Assembly: GCA_017936025.1 (NCBI GenBank)
Contig: JAGBGL010000017.1
Location: 1 to 33,339, forward strand
DNA from: Bacillota bacterium
GTDB lineage: Bacteria; Bacillota; Clostridia; Peptostreptococcales; Anaerovoracaceae
DNA length: 33,339 nucleotides
Reading direction: 5' to 3'
Shown: positions 18,251 through 27,405 of the stretch, piece after piece
How the letters are laid out: each line of letters opens with the position of its first letter
How positions within the stretch are numbered: position 1 is the stretch's first letter
Position numbers and translations under genes: made by a program
The notes under the pieces: model-generated
Told to the model about the DNA's origin: nothing
Database searches by the model: none
What the model saw: the letters and a program-made list of their open reading frames with translations, nothing else

Positions 18251-20612
18251 GAACAAATTTTACATATTAGACGGCGGGATGGGCACGATGATGCAGGCAA
18301 ACGGTCTGGAGCCCGGCGAGGTTCCGGAACTGATGAGCATCACACATCCTGAGGTGATCAGATCTATCCACAGAAGTTACGTGGAAGCCGGCTCTGACAT
18401 CATCTATGCCAATACTTTTGGCGCCAATACTCATAAAGTGCCGGAAGACTGCGGGCACACATTGGAAGAAATCATAGAGGCTTCCGTGAAAACAGCAAAA
18501 GCGGCAGGAAATGCAGATACTAAGGTTGCTCTGGATGTGGGACCGCTGGGAGAACTGCTGGAACCTATGGGATCGCTGAAGTTTGAAGAGGCGTATGACG
18601 CATTCAGAAGAACCATGATACAGGGTGAAAAATCCGGTGCAGATCTGATAGTTATCGAGACAATGACAGACCTCTATGAGGTAAAGGCGGCAGTTCTTGC
18701 TGCAAAGGAAAATACTGATCTGCCGGTGATGGTTTCCATGTCATTTGAAGAAAGCGGAAGAACTTTCACGGGAACTGATGTGGTTTCTATGGCTGTAACA
18801 CTGGAAGGCCTGGGCGTCGATGCCATCGGCATCAACTGTTCGCTGGGTCCTGCGGAGATCTATCCAATAGCGGAAAAGATGTGCGCAAGCACTGATCTGC
18901 CTGTGTTCGTAAAGCCGAATGCAGGACTTCCTGACCCGAGAACTAATGAATATGACATAGATGCAGAGCAGTTCGCAGAAATGATGACTGCCTATCTTGA
19001 TCTGGGTATCGCCGCTGCAGGAGGGTGCTGCGGAACAACGCCTGAGTATATTGCAGCTGTCAAAAAAGCTTTCGCGGGAAAAGAACGCAGCGGGCGCAGA
19101 CCGGCTGAAAAAAAGAGCATTGTATGCAGTGCAGTAAAACCTGTAACAATAGATCATGTTGCTGTTATCGGTGAGAGAATCAATCCTACTGGAAAGAAAC
19201 GTCTCAAACAGGCTCTGCTTGACGAAGATTATGACTATATACTTTCTCAGGCAGTGGAACAGATCGATGCAGGTGCAGAGATCCTGGATGTAAACGTGGG
19301 AGTACCTAAGCTGGATGATGTCGCTATGCTTCCGAAAGTGGTCAAGCAGCTTCAGGCTATCACGGATCTTCCTCTTCAGATCGACTCTTCCAATCCTGCG
19401 GCGATCGAAGCTGCGCTCCGTGTGTATAACGGAAAACCGATCGTAAACTCTGTAAACGGTGAAGACAAGGTAATGGAAGCTATTCTGCCGCTCGTTAAGA
19501 AATACGGTGCAGCAGTTATCGGTCTGACTCTTGATGAAAACGGTATCCCGGCTACAGCTGAGGAACGTTTTGCGATCGCGCAGCGCATTATGGACTGCGC
19601 ACTAGGATATGGAATTGCGAAAGAAGATATATATATCGACTGTCTGACGCTGACGGCTTCTGCACAGCAGGCAGAAGTTGCGGAAACACTGAAGGCTGTC
19701 CGCATGGTCAAGGAGCAGCTGGGACTGCACACAGCACTTGGCGTATCCAATATCAGTTTCGGACTTCCATGCAGACCGCTGGTAAATAGAACTTTCCTGG
19801 CTATGGCTATGGAGAATGGCCTGGATCTGCCTATAATCAATCCTAATGATGAAGATATGATGGGCACTGTCTATGCGTTCGAGATGCTCCATAACAGAGA
19901 TAAGAATGCAGAGAAGTTTATTGAGAGATACAGTGAGGCTTCTATCGGAACTATGAGCCGGGGGGCTTCCGTGAAAGAGACGGCCGAGTCTGCGGGAGAT
20001 TTGTATCATGCACTTGAAAAGGGAATGAAGGCAGAGACTCTTGCGGCAGTAAAAGAACTGTTGAAAACAGAGGATGCCATGACTATCGTCAATAATCATC
20101 TGATCCCGGCTCTTGACAGAGTGGGACAGGGATTCGAAAAGGGGACCATCTTCCTGCCGCAGATGATGCAGGCGGCAACTGCTGCACAGGGCGGATTTGA
20201 ACTGATAAAAGATCATCTGGCACAGTCAGGCCAGGAAAAAGTTTCTAAAGGGACTGTCGTACTGGCAACTGTAAAAGGAGATATCCACGATATAGGAAAG
20301 AATATCGTGAAAGTTATAATGGAAAACTACGGTTTTGATATAATCGATCTGGGGCGTGATGTTGCTCCGGAAACCGTAGTAGAGACTGTGAAAGCTAAAG
20401 ATATAAAGCTGGTTGGTCTCAGTGCGCTGATGACTACTACGCTGGGAAGCATGGAAGAGACCATCGCTGCTGTTAAGGCGGCAGATCCTGAATGCAAAGT
20501 CATGGTGGGAGGAGCAGTGCTCACTGCAGATTTTGCCGAAAGGATCGGTGCGGACTTCTACTGTAAGGACGCGATGAAATCTGTGGAAGCAGCAAATAGT
20601 GTATTTGAATAA
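18237..20612 (+). CDS. metH: Cobalamin-dependent methionine synthase lacking the activation domain
   Basis: 791 aa with a GTG start after AAGGAAAGGA. The Hcy-binding domain shows ILDGGMGT and GGCCGTTP. The pterin-binding domain shows GERINPTGKK. The B12-binding motifs are DIHDIGKN, SALMTTT and GGA. Confidence 0.9.
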   Translation: MLDFKNKFYILDGGMGTMMQANGLEPGEVPELMSITHPEVIRSIHRSYVEAGSDIIYANTFGANTHKVPEDCGHTLEEIIEASVKTAKAAGNADTKVALDVGPLGELLEPMGSLKFEEAYDAFRRTMIQGEKSGADLIVIETMTDLYEVKAAVLAAKENTDLPVMVSMSFEESGRTFTGTDVVSMAVTLEGLGVDAIGINCSLGPAEIYPIAEKMCASTDLPVFVKPNAGLPDPRTNEYDIDAEQFAEMMTAYLDLGIAAAGGCCGTTPEYIAAVKKAFAGKERSGRRPAEKKSIVCSAVKPVTIDHVAVIGERINPTGKKRLKQALLDEDYDYILSQAVEQIDAGAEILDVNVGVPKLDDVAMLPKVVKQLQAITDLPLQIDSSNPAAIEAALRVYNGKPIVNSVNGEDKVMEAILPLVKKYGAAVIGLTLDENGIPATAEERFAIAQRIMDCALGYGIAKEDIYIDCLTLTASAQQAEVAETLKAVRMVKEQLGLHTALGVSNISFGLPCRPLVNRTFLAMAMENGLDLPIINPNDEDMMGTVYAFEMLHNRDKNAEKFIERYSEASIGTMSRGASVKETAESAGDLYHALEKGMKAETLAAVKELLKTEDAMTIVNNHLIPALDRVGQGFEKGTIFLPQMMQAATAAQGGFELIKDHLAQSGQEKVSKGTVVLATVKGDIHDIGKNIVKVIMENYGFDIIDLGRDVAPETVVETVKAKDIKLVGLSALMTTTLGSMEETIAAVKAADPECKVMVGGAVLTADFAERIGADFYCKDAMKSVEAANSVFE

Positions 20613-20640
20613 AAAATTATATATTTTGCGGGTAACCACA

Positions 20641-20680
20641 AAAAGGGGCGTCTCAAACGTTTTGAGATGTTCCTTTTTTA
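20641..20680 (+). terminator. Terminator after metH
   Basis: TCTCAAA-CGT-TTTGAGA hairpin nested in AAAAGG...CCTTTT, followed by a T-run. Confidence 0.6.
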
Positions 20681-20709
20681 TTGACATTGACAGGGAATAG
20701 GGGTAAACT
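20681..20709 (+). promoter_or_regulatory. Candidate promoter of marR-MATE
   Basis: TTGACA (20681-20686), a 17-nt spacer, then TAAACT (20704-20709). Confidence 0.5.
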
Positions 20710-20745
20710 GAAAATGTCCGAAATCGGACAAAGAGGGAGGCGGCT

Positions 20746-21192
20746 ATGAAGACAGCACTAAGCAATCAATTAAGGCTCTGTAACCAGCTATATAAAAGGA
20801 TGGATGATATATATTACAGGACGGCGCGAAGATTAGACATGTCGGAGGCTGAACTGTGGATTATGTATATACTGAGAGAGCATGATGAACTGCTGACACA
20901 AAGTGATATATGCGGCATTACATATGAATCAAAACAGACAGTGAATTCTGCTTTGAAGAAGATGGAAATCAATGGCTTCATTGAGCTCATAAAAAATGAA
21001 GATAATATGAAAAAGAAATTTATCTATCTGACAGAAAAAGGTCTGGAACTGGCGGAAAAAACTGCAGATAAAATACTTGCTGCGGAAGAAAACTCTATCA
21101 GGGCAATGGGCCGTGATGAGATGGAAACTCTGCTCAGGATGTATGAAAAATATATCGATATACTGGATAAAGAGATGAATGATATTGAATAA
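20746..21192 (+). CDS. MarR-family transcriptional regulator
   Basis: 148 aa. The central section has a winged-HTH pattern (LTQSDICGITYESKQTVNSALKKMEINGFIE). RBS is GGGAGG. Confidence 0.8.
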   Translation: MKTALSNQLRLCNQLYKRMDDIYYRTARRLDMSEAELWIMYILREHDELLTQSDICGITYESKQTVNSALKKMEINGFIELIKNEDNMKKKFIYLTEKGLELAEKTADKILAAEENSIRAMGRDEMETLLRMYEKYIDILDKEMNDIE

Positions 21193-21208
21193 TTGATAGA
21201 GGGACTAT

Positions 21209-22540
21209 ATGAAAATACAATTATCGGATCATTTTACATATTTAAGATTGATAAAGTTCACGGTGCCGTCGATCGTTATGATGATCGTTTCATCCATTTA
21301 CGGTATCGTAGACGGGATGTTTGTTTCCAATTTTGCAGGTAAGACTGCGTTCGCGGCAATTAATCTCATCTACCCGCCATTTGCTATAATGGGCGCTTCA
21401 GGGTTCATGCTGGGTACTGGGGGTACAGCCCTTGTTGCCAAGATCCTGGGCGAAGGTGACAAGGAAAAGGCAAACCGGGTTTTCTCAATGATCATATATG
21501 TGGTAGCGGTCCTTGGGATCATTTTCGGAACAATAGGTTTTCTGTTTGTAAGACCTGTGGCGGTTTTCCTGGGTGCTGAAGGACAGATGGTCGAGAATTG
21601 CGTTGTTTACGCAAGGTTCCTGATGCCGTTCATGTGCTGCTTTATGCTGCAGACCACATTCCAGAGTTTTATGATCACGGCGGAAAGACCGAGGATGGGG
21701 CTGGTTGTTACGGTTGCAGCAGGCGTGGCGAACATGGTGCTGGATGCGCTGTTTATTGCAGTGTTCGGATGGGGCCTTATGGGGGCTGCTGTTGCGACAG
21801 GTATCAGCATGACTGTAGGTGCGGCAATACCTCTGTGTTATTTCATAACTAAGAAAAATCCGCGTCTCCATCTGGGTAAGACTGTATTTGACGGAAAAGC
21901 ACTTCTCAATGCCTGCACCAACGGTGTGTCAGAAATGGTGTCAGAGGTGTCAGGTTCTGTAGTTGTAATGCTGTTTAATTTCCAGCTGATCAAGTTCGCA
22001 GGGGAAGACGGAGTAGCTGCATACGGAGTGATCACTTATCTGACCTATATATTTATGGGGGTATTCTATGGATATTCCATGGGTATCGCCCCTGTCATAA
22101 GTTATCATTATGGTGCAGAAAACCATGCTGAACTGAAGAATCTTTTTACGAAGAGTCTCAAGCTTCTGGGTATTGTTGGTGCTGCTATAGTCGCTGCGGC
22201 GCAGCTGAGCGCAAGACCTCTGTCTGCAATTTTCGTTGCATATGATCCGCAGCTGCAGGAAATGACAGTGCATGGCATGAGGGTATTCTGCCTCGCTTTC
22301 ATGATCTCCGGTATTACAATATTCGCGTCAGGGTTCTTTACGGCTCTGAACAACGGATTGATTTCTGCAGTTATGTCATTCCTGCGTACGCTGTTGTTCG
22401 AATGTTCGGCCGTTATGATCCTTCCGATATTCTTTGGAATTGACGGCGTATGGGCTTCCATAATCGTTGCGGAACTGGCAGCACTGACCTTTGCAATAAT
22501 ATTCTTTGTAAAATATAAAAACAGGTATCATTATTACTAA
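21209..22540 (+). CDS. MATE-family efflux transporter
   Basis: 443 aa with about 12 TM segments. It shows typical MATE N-terminal organisation (P.I..M......YGIVDG.FVS). Confidence 0.85.
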   Translation: MKIQLSDHFTYLRLIKFTVPSIVMMIVSSIYGIVDGMFVSNFAGKTAFAAINLIYPPFAIMGASGFMLGTGGTALVAKILGEGDKEKANRVFSMIIYVVAVLGIIFGTIGFLFVRPVAVFLGAEGQMVENCVVYARFLMPFMCCFMLQTTFQSFMITAERPRMGLVVTVAAGVANMVLDALFIAVFGWGLMGAAVATGISMTVGAAIPLCYFITKKNPRLHLGKTVFDGKALLNACTNGVSEMVSEVSGSVVVMLFNFQLIKFAGEDGVAAYGVITYLTYIFMGVFYGYSMGIAPVISYHYGAENHAELKNLFTKSLKLLGIVGAAIVAAAQLSARPLSAIFVAYDPQLQEMTVHGMRVFCLAFMISGITIFASGFFTALNNGLISAVMSFLRTLLFECSAVMILPIFFGIDGVWASIIVAELAALTFAIIFFVKYKNRYHYY

Positions 22541-22588
22541 AAACAATGTACAATCAAAATATATTGTGCGGAGCGAAAGGAGCTTTTT

Positions 22589-23128
22589 ATGAAATTTGCA
22601 TTTATTTTAAACACAAACGGCGGACATCCTGACACTTACAATGTGAATTTTAACACAGCAAGTGAAGAAAACTGGATCTACGGTGTAACAGGTGTTGAAG
22701 AGGGTGTAGAGTTTGCGAAGACGCTGAAGGACAAAGGTTTTGATCTGGTAAACCTGTGCGGGGATTTTGATGAGGAGATGACTGCAGAAGTTGCAGCAAC
22801 AGGAATTGAAGCGTGCAATGCAAAATATCTTCCTGCAGAAATGGATAAAATCGGAGAACTGACAGATGAACAGCTGTGTGAATACGGCATCATTATTGTT
22901 TCTGATGAAGTAAAGGAAACGGAAGTTATCGATAAGAAAGATGCTGCGTGCAACATTTATGTGAGATTTGTTGCGGATGAGGATGCTGCGTGCGAAGCTG
23001 CAAAAGATGTTATTGCAGCAGGCGCAGAGTTCATGGAACTGTGCAGCTGGTATGACAGGGAAAAGACTGAAAAGGTCATCGCAGCGATCGATGGTAAAGT
23101 TCCGGTTGGAACATGCGGAGAAATTTAA
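22589..23128 (+). CDS. Acidic cytoplasmic protein of unknown function with an internal tandem duplication
   Basis: 179-aa ORF with a good RBS (AAAGGAG) and coding-like composition. No family is recognised with confidence. Confidence 0.7.
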   Translation: MKFAFILNTNGGHPDTYNVNFNTASEENWIYGVTGVEEGVEFAKTLKDKGFDLVNLCGDFDEEMTAEVAATGIEACNAKYLPAEMDKIGELTDEQLCEYGIIIVSDEVKETEVIDKKDAACNIYVRFVADEDAACEAAKDVIAAGAEFMELCSWYDREKTEKVIAAIDGKVPVGTCGEI

Positions 23129-23142
23129 GTATAAAGTGATAT

Positions 23143-23189
23143 AAAAAATAACAGCCGCTGAGAATTATCTCAGTGGCTGTTATTTTTTA
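23143..23189. terminator. Strong bidirectional terminator
   Basis: AAAAAATAACAGCCGCTGAG-AATTAT-CTCAGTGGCTGTTATTTTTT forms a roughly 20-bp stem with one G-U pair. A and T runs lie on both sides. Confidence 0.75.
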
Positions 23190-23235
23190 CATTAAACAGG
23201 AAGTGCATTACATCTCCGTCTTTTAATGTATATTT
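23170..23235 (-). pseudogene. Inverted, decayed fragment of the ychF 3' end
   Basis: The minus-strand translation is ..KYTLKDGDVMHFLFNVKNNSH*. The authentic YchF C-terminus is ..KEYIVKDGDVMHFLFNV*. The 29-nt core is identical and the flanks are diverged. Confidence 0.5.
23195..23223. repeat. Left arm of the 29-bp perfect inverted repeat (partner at 24376-24404)
   Basis: AACAGGAAGTGCATTACATCTCCGTCTTT is the exact reverse complement of 24376-24404. Confidence 0.95.
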
Positions 23236-23237
23236 TG

Positions 23238-23266
23238 TTGAGAACTTTCTGTTCATATGCTATAAT
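23238..23266 (+). promoter_or_regulatory. Candidate ychF promoter (extended -10)
   Basis: TTGAGA (23238-23243), a 17-nt spacer ending in TGC, then TATAAT (23261-23266). Confidence 0.55.
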
Positions 23267-23319
23267 AAATTGGTTAATTATGTAGAAATGACTTGGAATT
23301 AAAAGGAGAAATATAAATC

Positions 23320-24414
23320 ATGAAATTAGGTATCGTAGGCCTGCCTAACGTAGGCAAAAGTACGTTATTCAATGCAATTACAAAAGCAGGAGCAGAATCC
23401 GCAAACTATCCGTTATGTACTATCGAACCGAACGTTGGTGTTGTGGCAGTTCCTGATGAACGTCTCAAAGTTCTGACTGAAATGTATAATGCAAAGAAAA
23501 CCGTTCCTACAGCAATCGAATTTTATGACATTGCAGGACTGGTAAAAGGCGCATCTAAAGGTGAAGGACTGGGCAACAAATTCCTGGGGCATATCAGAGA
23601 AGTTGCAGCGATTGTTCACGTTGTACGCTGCTTCGAAGATCCTAACGTTGTTCACGTTGACGGAAAAATCGATCCGCTGAATGACATCGAAACAATAAAT
23701 ATGGAGCTGATCCTGTCTGATATGGAAGTGCTGGAACGCCGCATTCAGAAAACAACTAAGAATCTGAAAGGCGACAAGAGTCTCCAGTCTGAGCTGGATA
23801 TTCTGAAACGTCTGGCTGACTTTCTGGCAGAAGGTAAATCTGCAAGAGCAATGGATATGACGGATGATGAAGCAGAGTTCGTTAAGTCATTGGATCTGCT
23901 GTCATTCAAGCCTATTATCTATGCAGCAAATGTTTCTGAAGATGAGGCTGGCTCAAAAGAAGATAATGAGTTCGTTAAGCAGGTGCGCGAATTTGCAGCT
24001 ACGGAAGATTCTGATGTAATCGTAGTATGTGCAAAAATCGAAGAGGAAATCTCTCAGCTGGAAGATGATGAAAAGGAAATGTTCCTAGAAGAACTGGGGA
24101 TCGAAGAATCCGGCCTGGATAAGCTTGTAAAAGCTTCTTACCATCTGTTAGATCTGATTTCTTTCCTGACTGCAGGTGAACCTGAAGTGCGTGCATGGAC
24201 TATCAAGCGCGGAACAAAAGCGCCTGGTGCTGCAGGAAAAATCCATACAGATTTCGAAAGAGGATTTATCAGAGCAGAGACTATCGCTTATGACAAGCTG
24301 ATTGAATGCGGCGGAAACCTGGCTACTGCAAAAGAAAAAGGCCTGGTAAGATCTGAAGGTAAAGAGTATATAGTGAAAGACGGAGATGTAATGCACTTCC
24401 TGTTCAACGTATAA
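23320..24414 (+). CDS. ychF: Ribosome-binding/redox-regulated ATPase YchF
   Basis: 364 aa. The Walker A motif is GLPNVGKSTLFNA. It has an Obg-like GTPase fold and a C-terminal TGS-like region (FERGFIRAE). Confidence 0.92.
   Translation: MKLGIVGLPNVGKSTLFNAITKAGAESANYPLCTIEPNVGVVAVPDERLKVLTEMYNAKKTVPTAIEFYDIAGLVKGASKGEGLGNKFLGHIREVAAIVHVVRCFEDPNVVHVDGKIDPLNDIETINMELILSDMEVLERRIQKTTKNLKGDKSLQSELDILKRLADFLAEGKSARAMDMTDDEAEFVKSLDLLSFKPIIYAANVSEDEAGSKEDNEFVKQVREFAATEDSDVIVVCAKIEEEISQLEDDEKEMFLEELGIEESGLDKLVKASYHLLDLISFLTAGEPEVRAWTIKRGTKAPGAAGKIHTDFERGFIRAETIAYDKLIECGGNLATAKEKGLVRSEGKEYIVKDGDVMHFLFNV
24376..24404. repeat. Right arm of the 29-bp perfect inverted repeat, inside the ychF 3' end
   Basis: AAAGACGGAGATGTAATGCACTTCCTGTT encodes KDGDVMHFLF. 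Confidence 0.95.
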
Positions 24415-24433
24415 AAAATATAAAGTGAATATA

Positions 24434-24483
24434 ACTGACCTCTGAGTATGACTGAAAAATAACTTGGAGGTCAGTTTTGTTTT
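24434..24483 (+). terminator. ychF terminator
   Basis: ACTGACCTC...GAGGTCAGT 9-bp stem followed by TTTGTTTT. Confidence 0.7.
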
Positions 24484-24515
24484 ATGGAAAAAATAACAGT
24501 AAAGGGGAATTTGAT

Positions 24516-25433
24516 ATGACATTTCAGCAACTTAGGTATGTGATAAAAATAGTAGAAACCGGCTCTATAAGTGCAGCGGCAAAAGAGATGTTCGTCTCCC
24601 AGCCGAGTCTGTCAAAGGCGGTAATGGATCTGGAATATGAGCTGGGAACAACGATTTTCATTAGAGAGAAAAAAGGAATCAGACTTACTTCTTCCGGACG
24701 AAAATTTGTTGCATACGCACGTCAGGTAATAGATCAGATGGGCGTTATAGAGAATGAATTCAAAGAAAGCGAAGAAGAGAAAAAAGCATATTCTGTAGCG
24801 TCGCAGCATTACAATTTTGTAGTGAAGGCGTTTTCTGAAGTTATTAAAAAATTCGGAGGGGAAAGTTACGAGTTCTATCTTAAAGAAATGACAACGTCTG
24901 GGATCCTGGAGGATGTGAGTTCAGGTCAGAGTGAACTGGGTATTTTATATCTGAGTAAATATAACAGTGATGTTATGAAAAAAAGCATAAAGGAAGCCGG
25001 CCTGGAATTCCATCATATGTTCAGGGCAGAGCCTCATATCTGTGTTAATAAAAACAACCCTCTTGCAAGTAAAGAGAAAGTAACTCTTGAAGATATAAAG
25101 GAATTTCCGCGGATCAGCTATGAGCAGAATGTGGAAGACTCATACTTTTTTTATGAGGAACTGTACAGCTCTATGAACAGTAAAAAGAGTGTCAAAGTAA
25201 CTGATAAAGCAACGCTTGTGTATCTTCTTGAAGCACTGGATGCATATACGATTTCCACGAAAAATCTCAGCAGCAGCCTGGAAAACATAGGTGCTGTTAC
25301 TATCCCTCTTGAGTGCAGCGAGTATATGGATCTCGGCTATGTTAAAATGGCCGGAAGACCTGTGAGTGAGATGGGACAGTTTCTGCTGGATAGTGCCATG
25401 GAAAGCTATCACGATATAAATGGACAATCATAG
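24516..25433 (+). CDS. LysR-family transcriptional regulator
   Basis: The start is set at ATG 24516 after AAAGGGGA. The N-terminal HTH is FQQLRYVIKIVETGSISAAAKEMFVSQPSLSKAVMDLE. Confidence 0.85.
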   Translation: MTFQQLRYVIKIVETGSISAAAKEMFVSQPSLSKAVMDLEYELGTTIFIREKKGIRLTSSGRKFVAYARQVIDQMGVIENEFKESEEEKKAYSVASQHYNFVVKAFSEVIKKFGGESYEFYLKEMTTSGILEDVSSGQSELGILYLSKYNSDVMKKSIKEAGLEFHHMFRAEPHICVNKNNPLASKEKVTLEDIKEFPRISYEQNVEDSYFFYEELYSSMNSKKSVKVTDKATLVYLLEALDAYTISTKNLSSSLENIGAVTIPLECSEYMDLGYVKMAGRPVSEMGQFLLDSAMESYHDINGQS

Positions 25434-25526
25434 ATGGAAGCTATAATGTTCCATTCTATTTTAATATTATTATTATAATCATGAAAAAAGGTATAATTCT
25501 AGAGGTATGCAAATAAGGAGGTTCTT

Positions 25527-26414
25527 ATGAAACTTACAACAGATAAAGCTGTATTCAGCTTTTATAAAGGACATGAAGCAGTAGCATCAATCGATGCACC
25601 TGCAACTATCGATGTAGCAACTAAAGACTGCTTTTCCAATCAGCTGAGAGAGCCTGAAGACACAATCGAAGGTCTGAACTGGGATGCAACAAACCCTGCG
25701 ACAGGTCCTGTATTCGTTAATGGAGCAGAACCTGGAGATACGCTGAAAGTAACTATCAACAAAATCGATGTTGATGAAAAAGGTACTGTATGTGCTCTGG
25801 AAAATGAAGGTACACTGGGACATATCGTATCCGGCAACCATGTAAAAATCGTACATATCGAAGATGGACATGCGGTATTCACTCCGGAAATCAGAATTCC
25901 TGTGAAACCTATGATAGGTGTTATCGGTGTTGCACCGGCTGATGAAGCGGTAGGCTGCGGTACACCTGGACACCACGGCGGAAACATGGACAATACAATG
26001 GTAGCAGAAGGAGCTACGTTATACTTCCCTGTAGCTACAGAAGGAGCTTTATTCGGACTGGGTGATGTTCATGCTGTTATGGGCGATGGAGAAATCGGTG
26101 TAACAGGTCTGGAGATCCCTGCAGAAATCAATCTGACTATCGAACTGATCAAAGGCAAGGCGCCTGAATATCCTGTTCTGGAAAACGAAGAGTGTTTCAG
26201 CATTATCGTTTCCAAAGAAACAGTTGATGAAGCTACAGTAAGAGCGACTGAACTGATGCACGATTTTCTGGTTGAAAGAATGGATCTTGCTTCCCCAGAT
26301 ATCATCATGCTGATGAGCCTTGTGGGAGATGTTGAAATCTGTCAGATCGTAGACCCGCTCAAAACAGTAAGATTCGTATTCCCTAAAAAATATATGACAA
26401 GAGCAGAATTCTAG
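25527..26414 (+). CDS. Acetamidase/formamidase-family amidohydrolase, short form (paralog 1)
   Basis: 295 aa. Motifs seen: NPATGPVFVNGAEPGD, PMIGVIGVAP, HHGGNMDN and GDVHAVMGDGE. RBS is AAGGAGG. Confidence 0.85.
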   Translation: MKLTTDKAVFSFYKGHEAVASIDAPATIDVATKDCFSNQLREPEDTIEGLNWDATNPATGPVFVNGAEPGDTLKVTINKIDVDEKGTVCALENEGTLGHIVSGNHVKIVHIEDGHAVFTPEIRIPVKPMIGVIGVAPADEAVGCGTPGHHGGNMDNTMVAEGATLYFPVATEGALFGLGDVHAVMGDGEIGVTGLEIPAEINLTIELIKGKAPEYPVLENEECFSIIVSKETVDEATVRATELMHDFLVERMDLASPDIIMLMSLVGDVEICQIVDPLKTVRFVFPKKYMTRAEF

Positions 26415-26432
26415 TAACAGGAGGATAATGAT

Positions 26433-27329
26433 ATGAAAATTATTGATAAATCCGTATATGCTTTTTCTAAAAACAATCCTGCAATCGAAACCGCAGAACC
26501 AGGTGAAATTCTGGTGTTCAAATCCATGGACTGCTTCTCAAACAAACTGGAAAGAGAAGACCAGCTGATGAGCGAGATCCTGTACGGTTATGATGTAGCA
26601 AATCCTGCCGCAGGACCTGTATATATCAATGGTGCTGAAGTCGGCGATGTTCTGGTTGTAGATATTCTTGATGTTCAGGTTGCTGACTGCGGAACTATCG
26701 CTACAGACGATGTATGCGGACCTTTACATGATCTGTCCGAACCAAGAACAAAGAAAATCAAGATCGAAGATGGAATGGCTGCTTTCAATGAAGTTAAATT
26801 CCCTATCGATCCAATGATCGGTGTTATCGGAACAGCTCCTGATGGAGAAGATGTGGCTTGCGGTTATCCCGGCGCACACGGCGGCAATATGGACAGCAAG
26901 ATCATCAAAAAAGGTGCAAGAGTTTACTTCCCTGTAAGAGTGGAAGGCGCACTGCTGCAGATGGGTGATGTACACGCAACTATGGGTGATGCTGAACTGT
27001 GCGGAACAGGTATTGAAATTCCTGCAGAAATCACAGTAAAAGTTTCTCTGATCAAGGACTTTGAACTGAACTGGCCTGTTACAGAAACTGCAACACACTG
27101 GTGGGTGAATACAACAGGTCCTAAAATGGATGATGCGCTGTATGCTGCTTCTGTGGAAATGCAGAGACTGATGATGAACATGACTGGCTGGGATCAGACT
27201 GATGTATATATGTATCTGTCTGTTCAGAGCGATATGTGCATCAACCAGGCATGCGTTCCATGTGCGGTTTCGCCTGTACTGCGTTTCGGAACACCAAAAC
27301 TGACACAGTTTAAACCTCTGATCGGCTAA
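26433..27329 (+). CDS. Acetamidase/formamidase-family amidohydrolase, short form (paralog 2)
   Basis: 298 aa. It carries the same motif set (NPAAGPVYINGAEVGD, PMIGVIGTAP, AHGGNMDS, GDVHATMGDAE). It starts 18 nt after paralog 1. RBS is AGGAGGA. Confidence 0.85.
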   Translation: MKIIDKSVYAFSKNNPAIETAEPGEILVFKSMDCFSNKLEREDQLMSEILYGYDVANPAAGPVYINGAEVGDVLVVDILDVQVADCGTIATDDVCGPLHDLSEPRTKKIKIEDGMAAFNEVKFPIDPMIGVIGTAPDGEDVACGYPGAHGGNMDSKIIKKGARVYFPVRVEGALLQMGDVHATMGDAELCGTGIEIPAEITVKVSLIKDFELNWPVTETATHWWVNTTGPKMDDALYAASVEMQRLMMNMTGWDQTDVYMYLSVQSDMCINQACVPCAVSPVLRFGTPKLTQFKPLIG

Positions 27330-27405
27330 GAATGCGATAGCCTTCGGAGTTTTAAAATAAAAAAGGTATTAATTTTTATTTTTAAAAAGAGGAGAAAAAA
27401 AGAAA

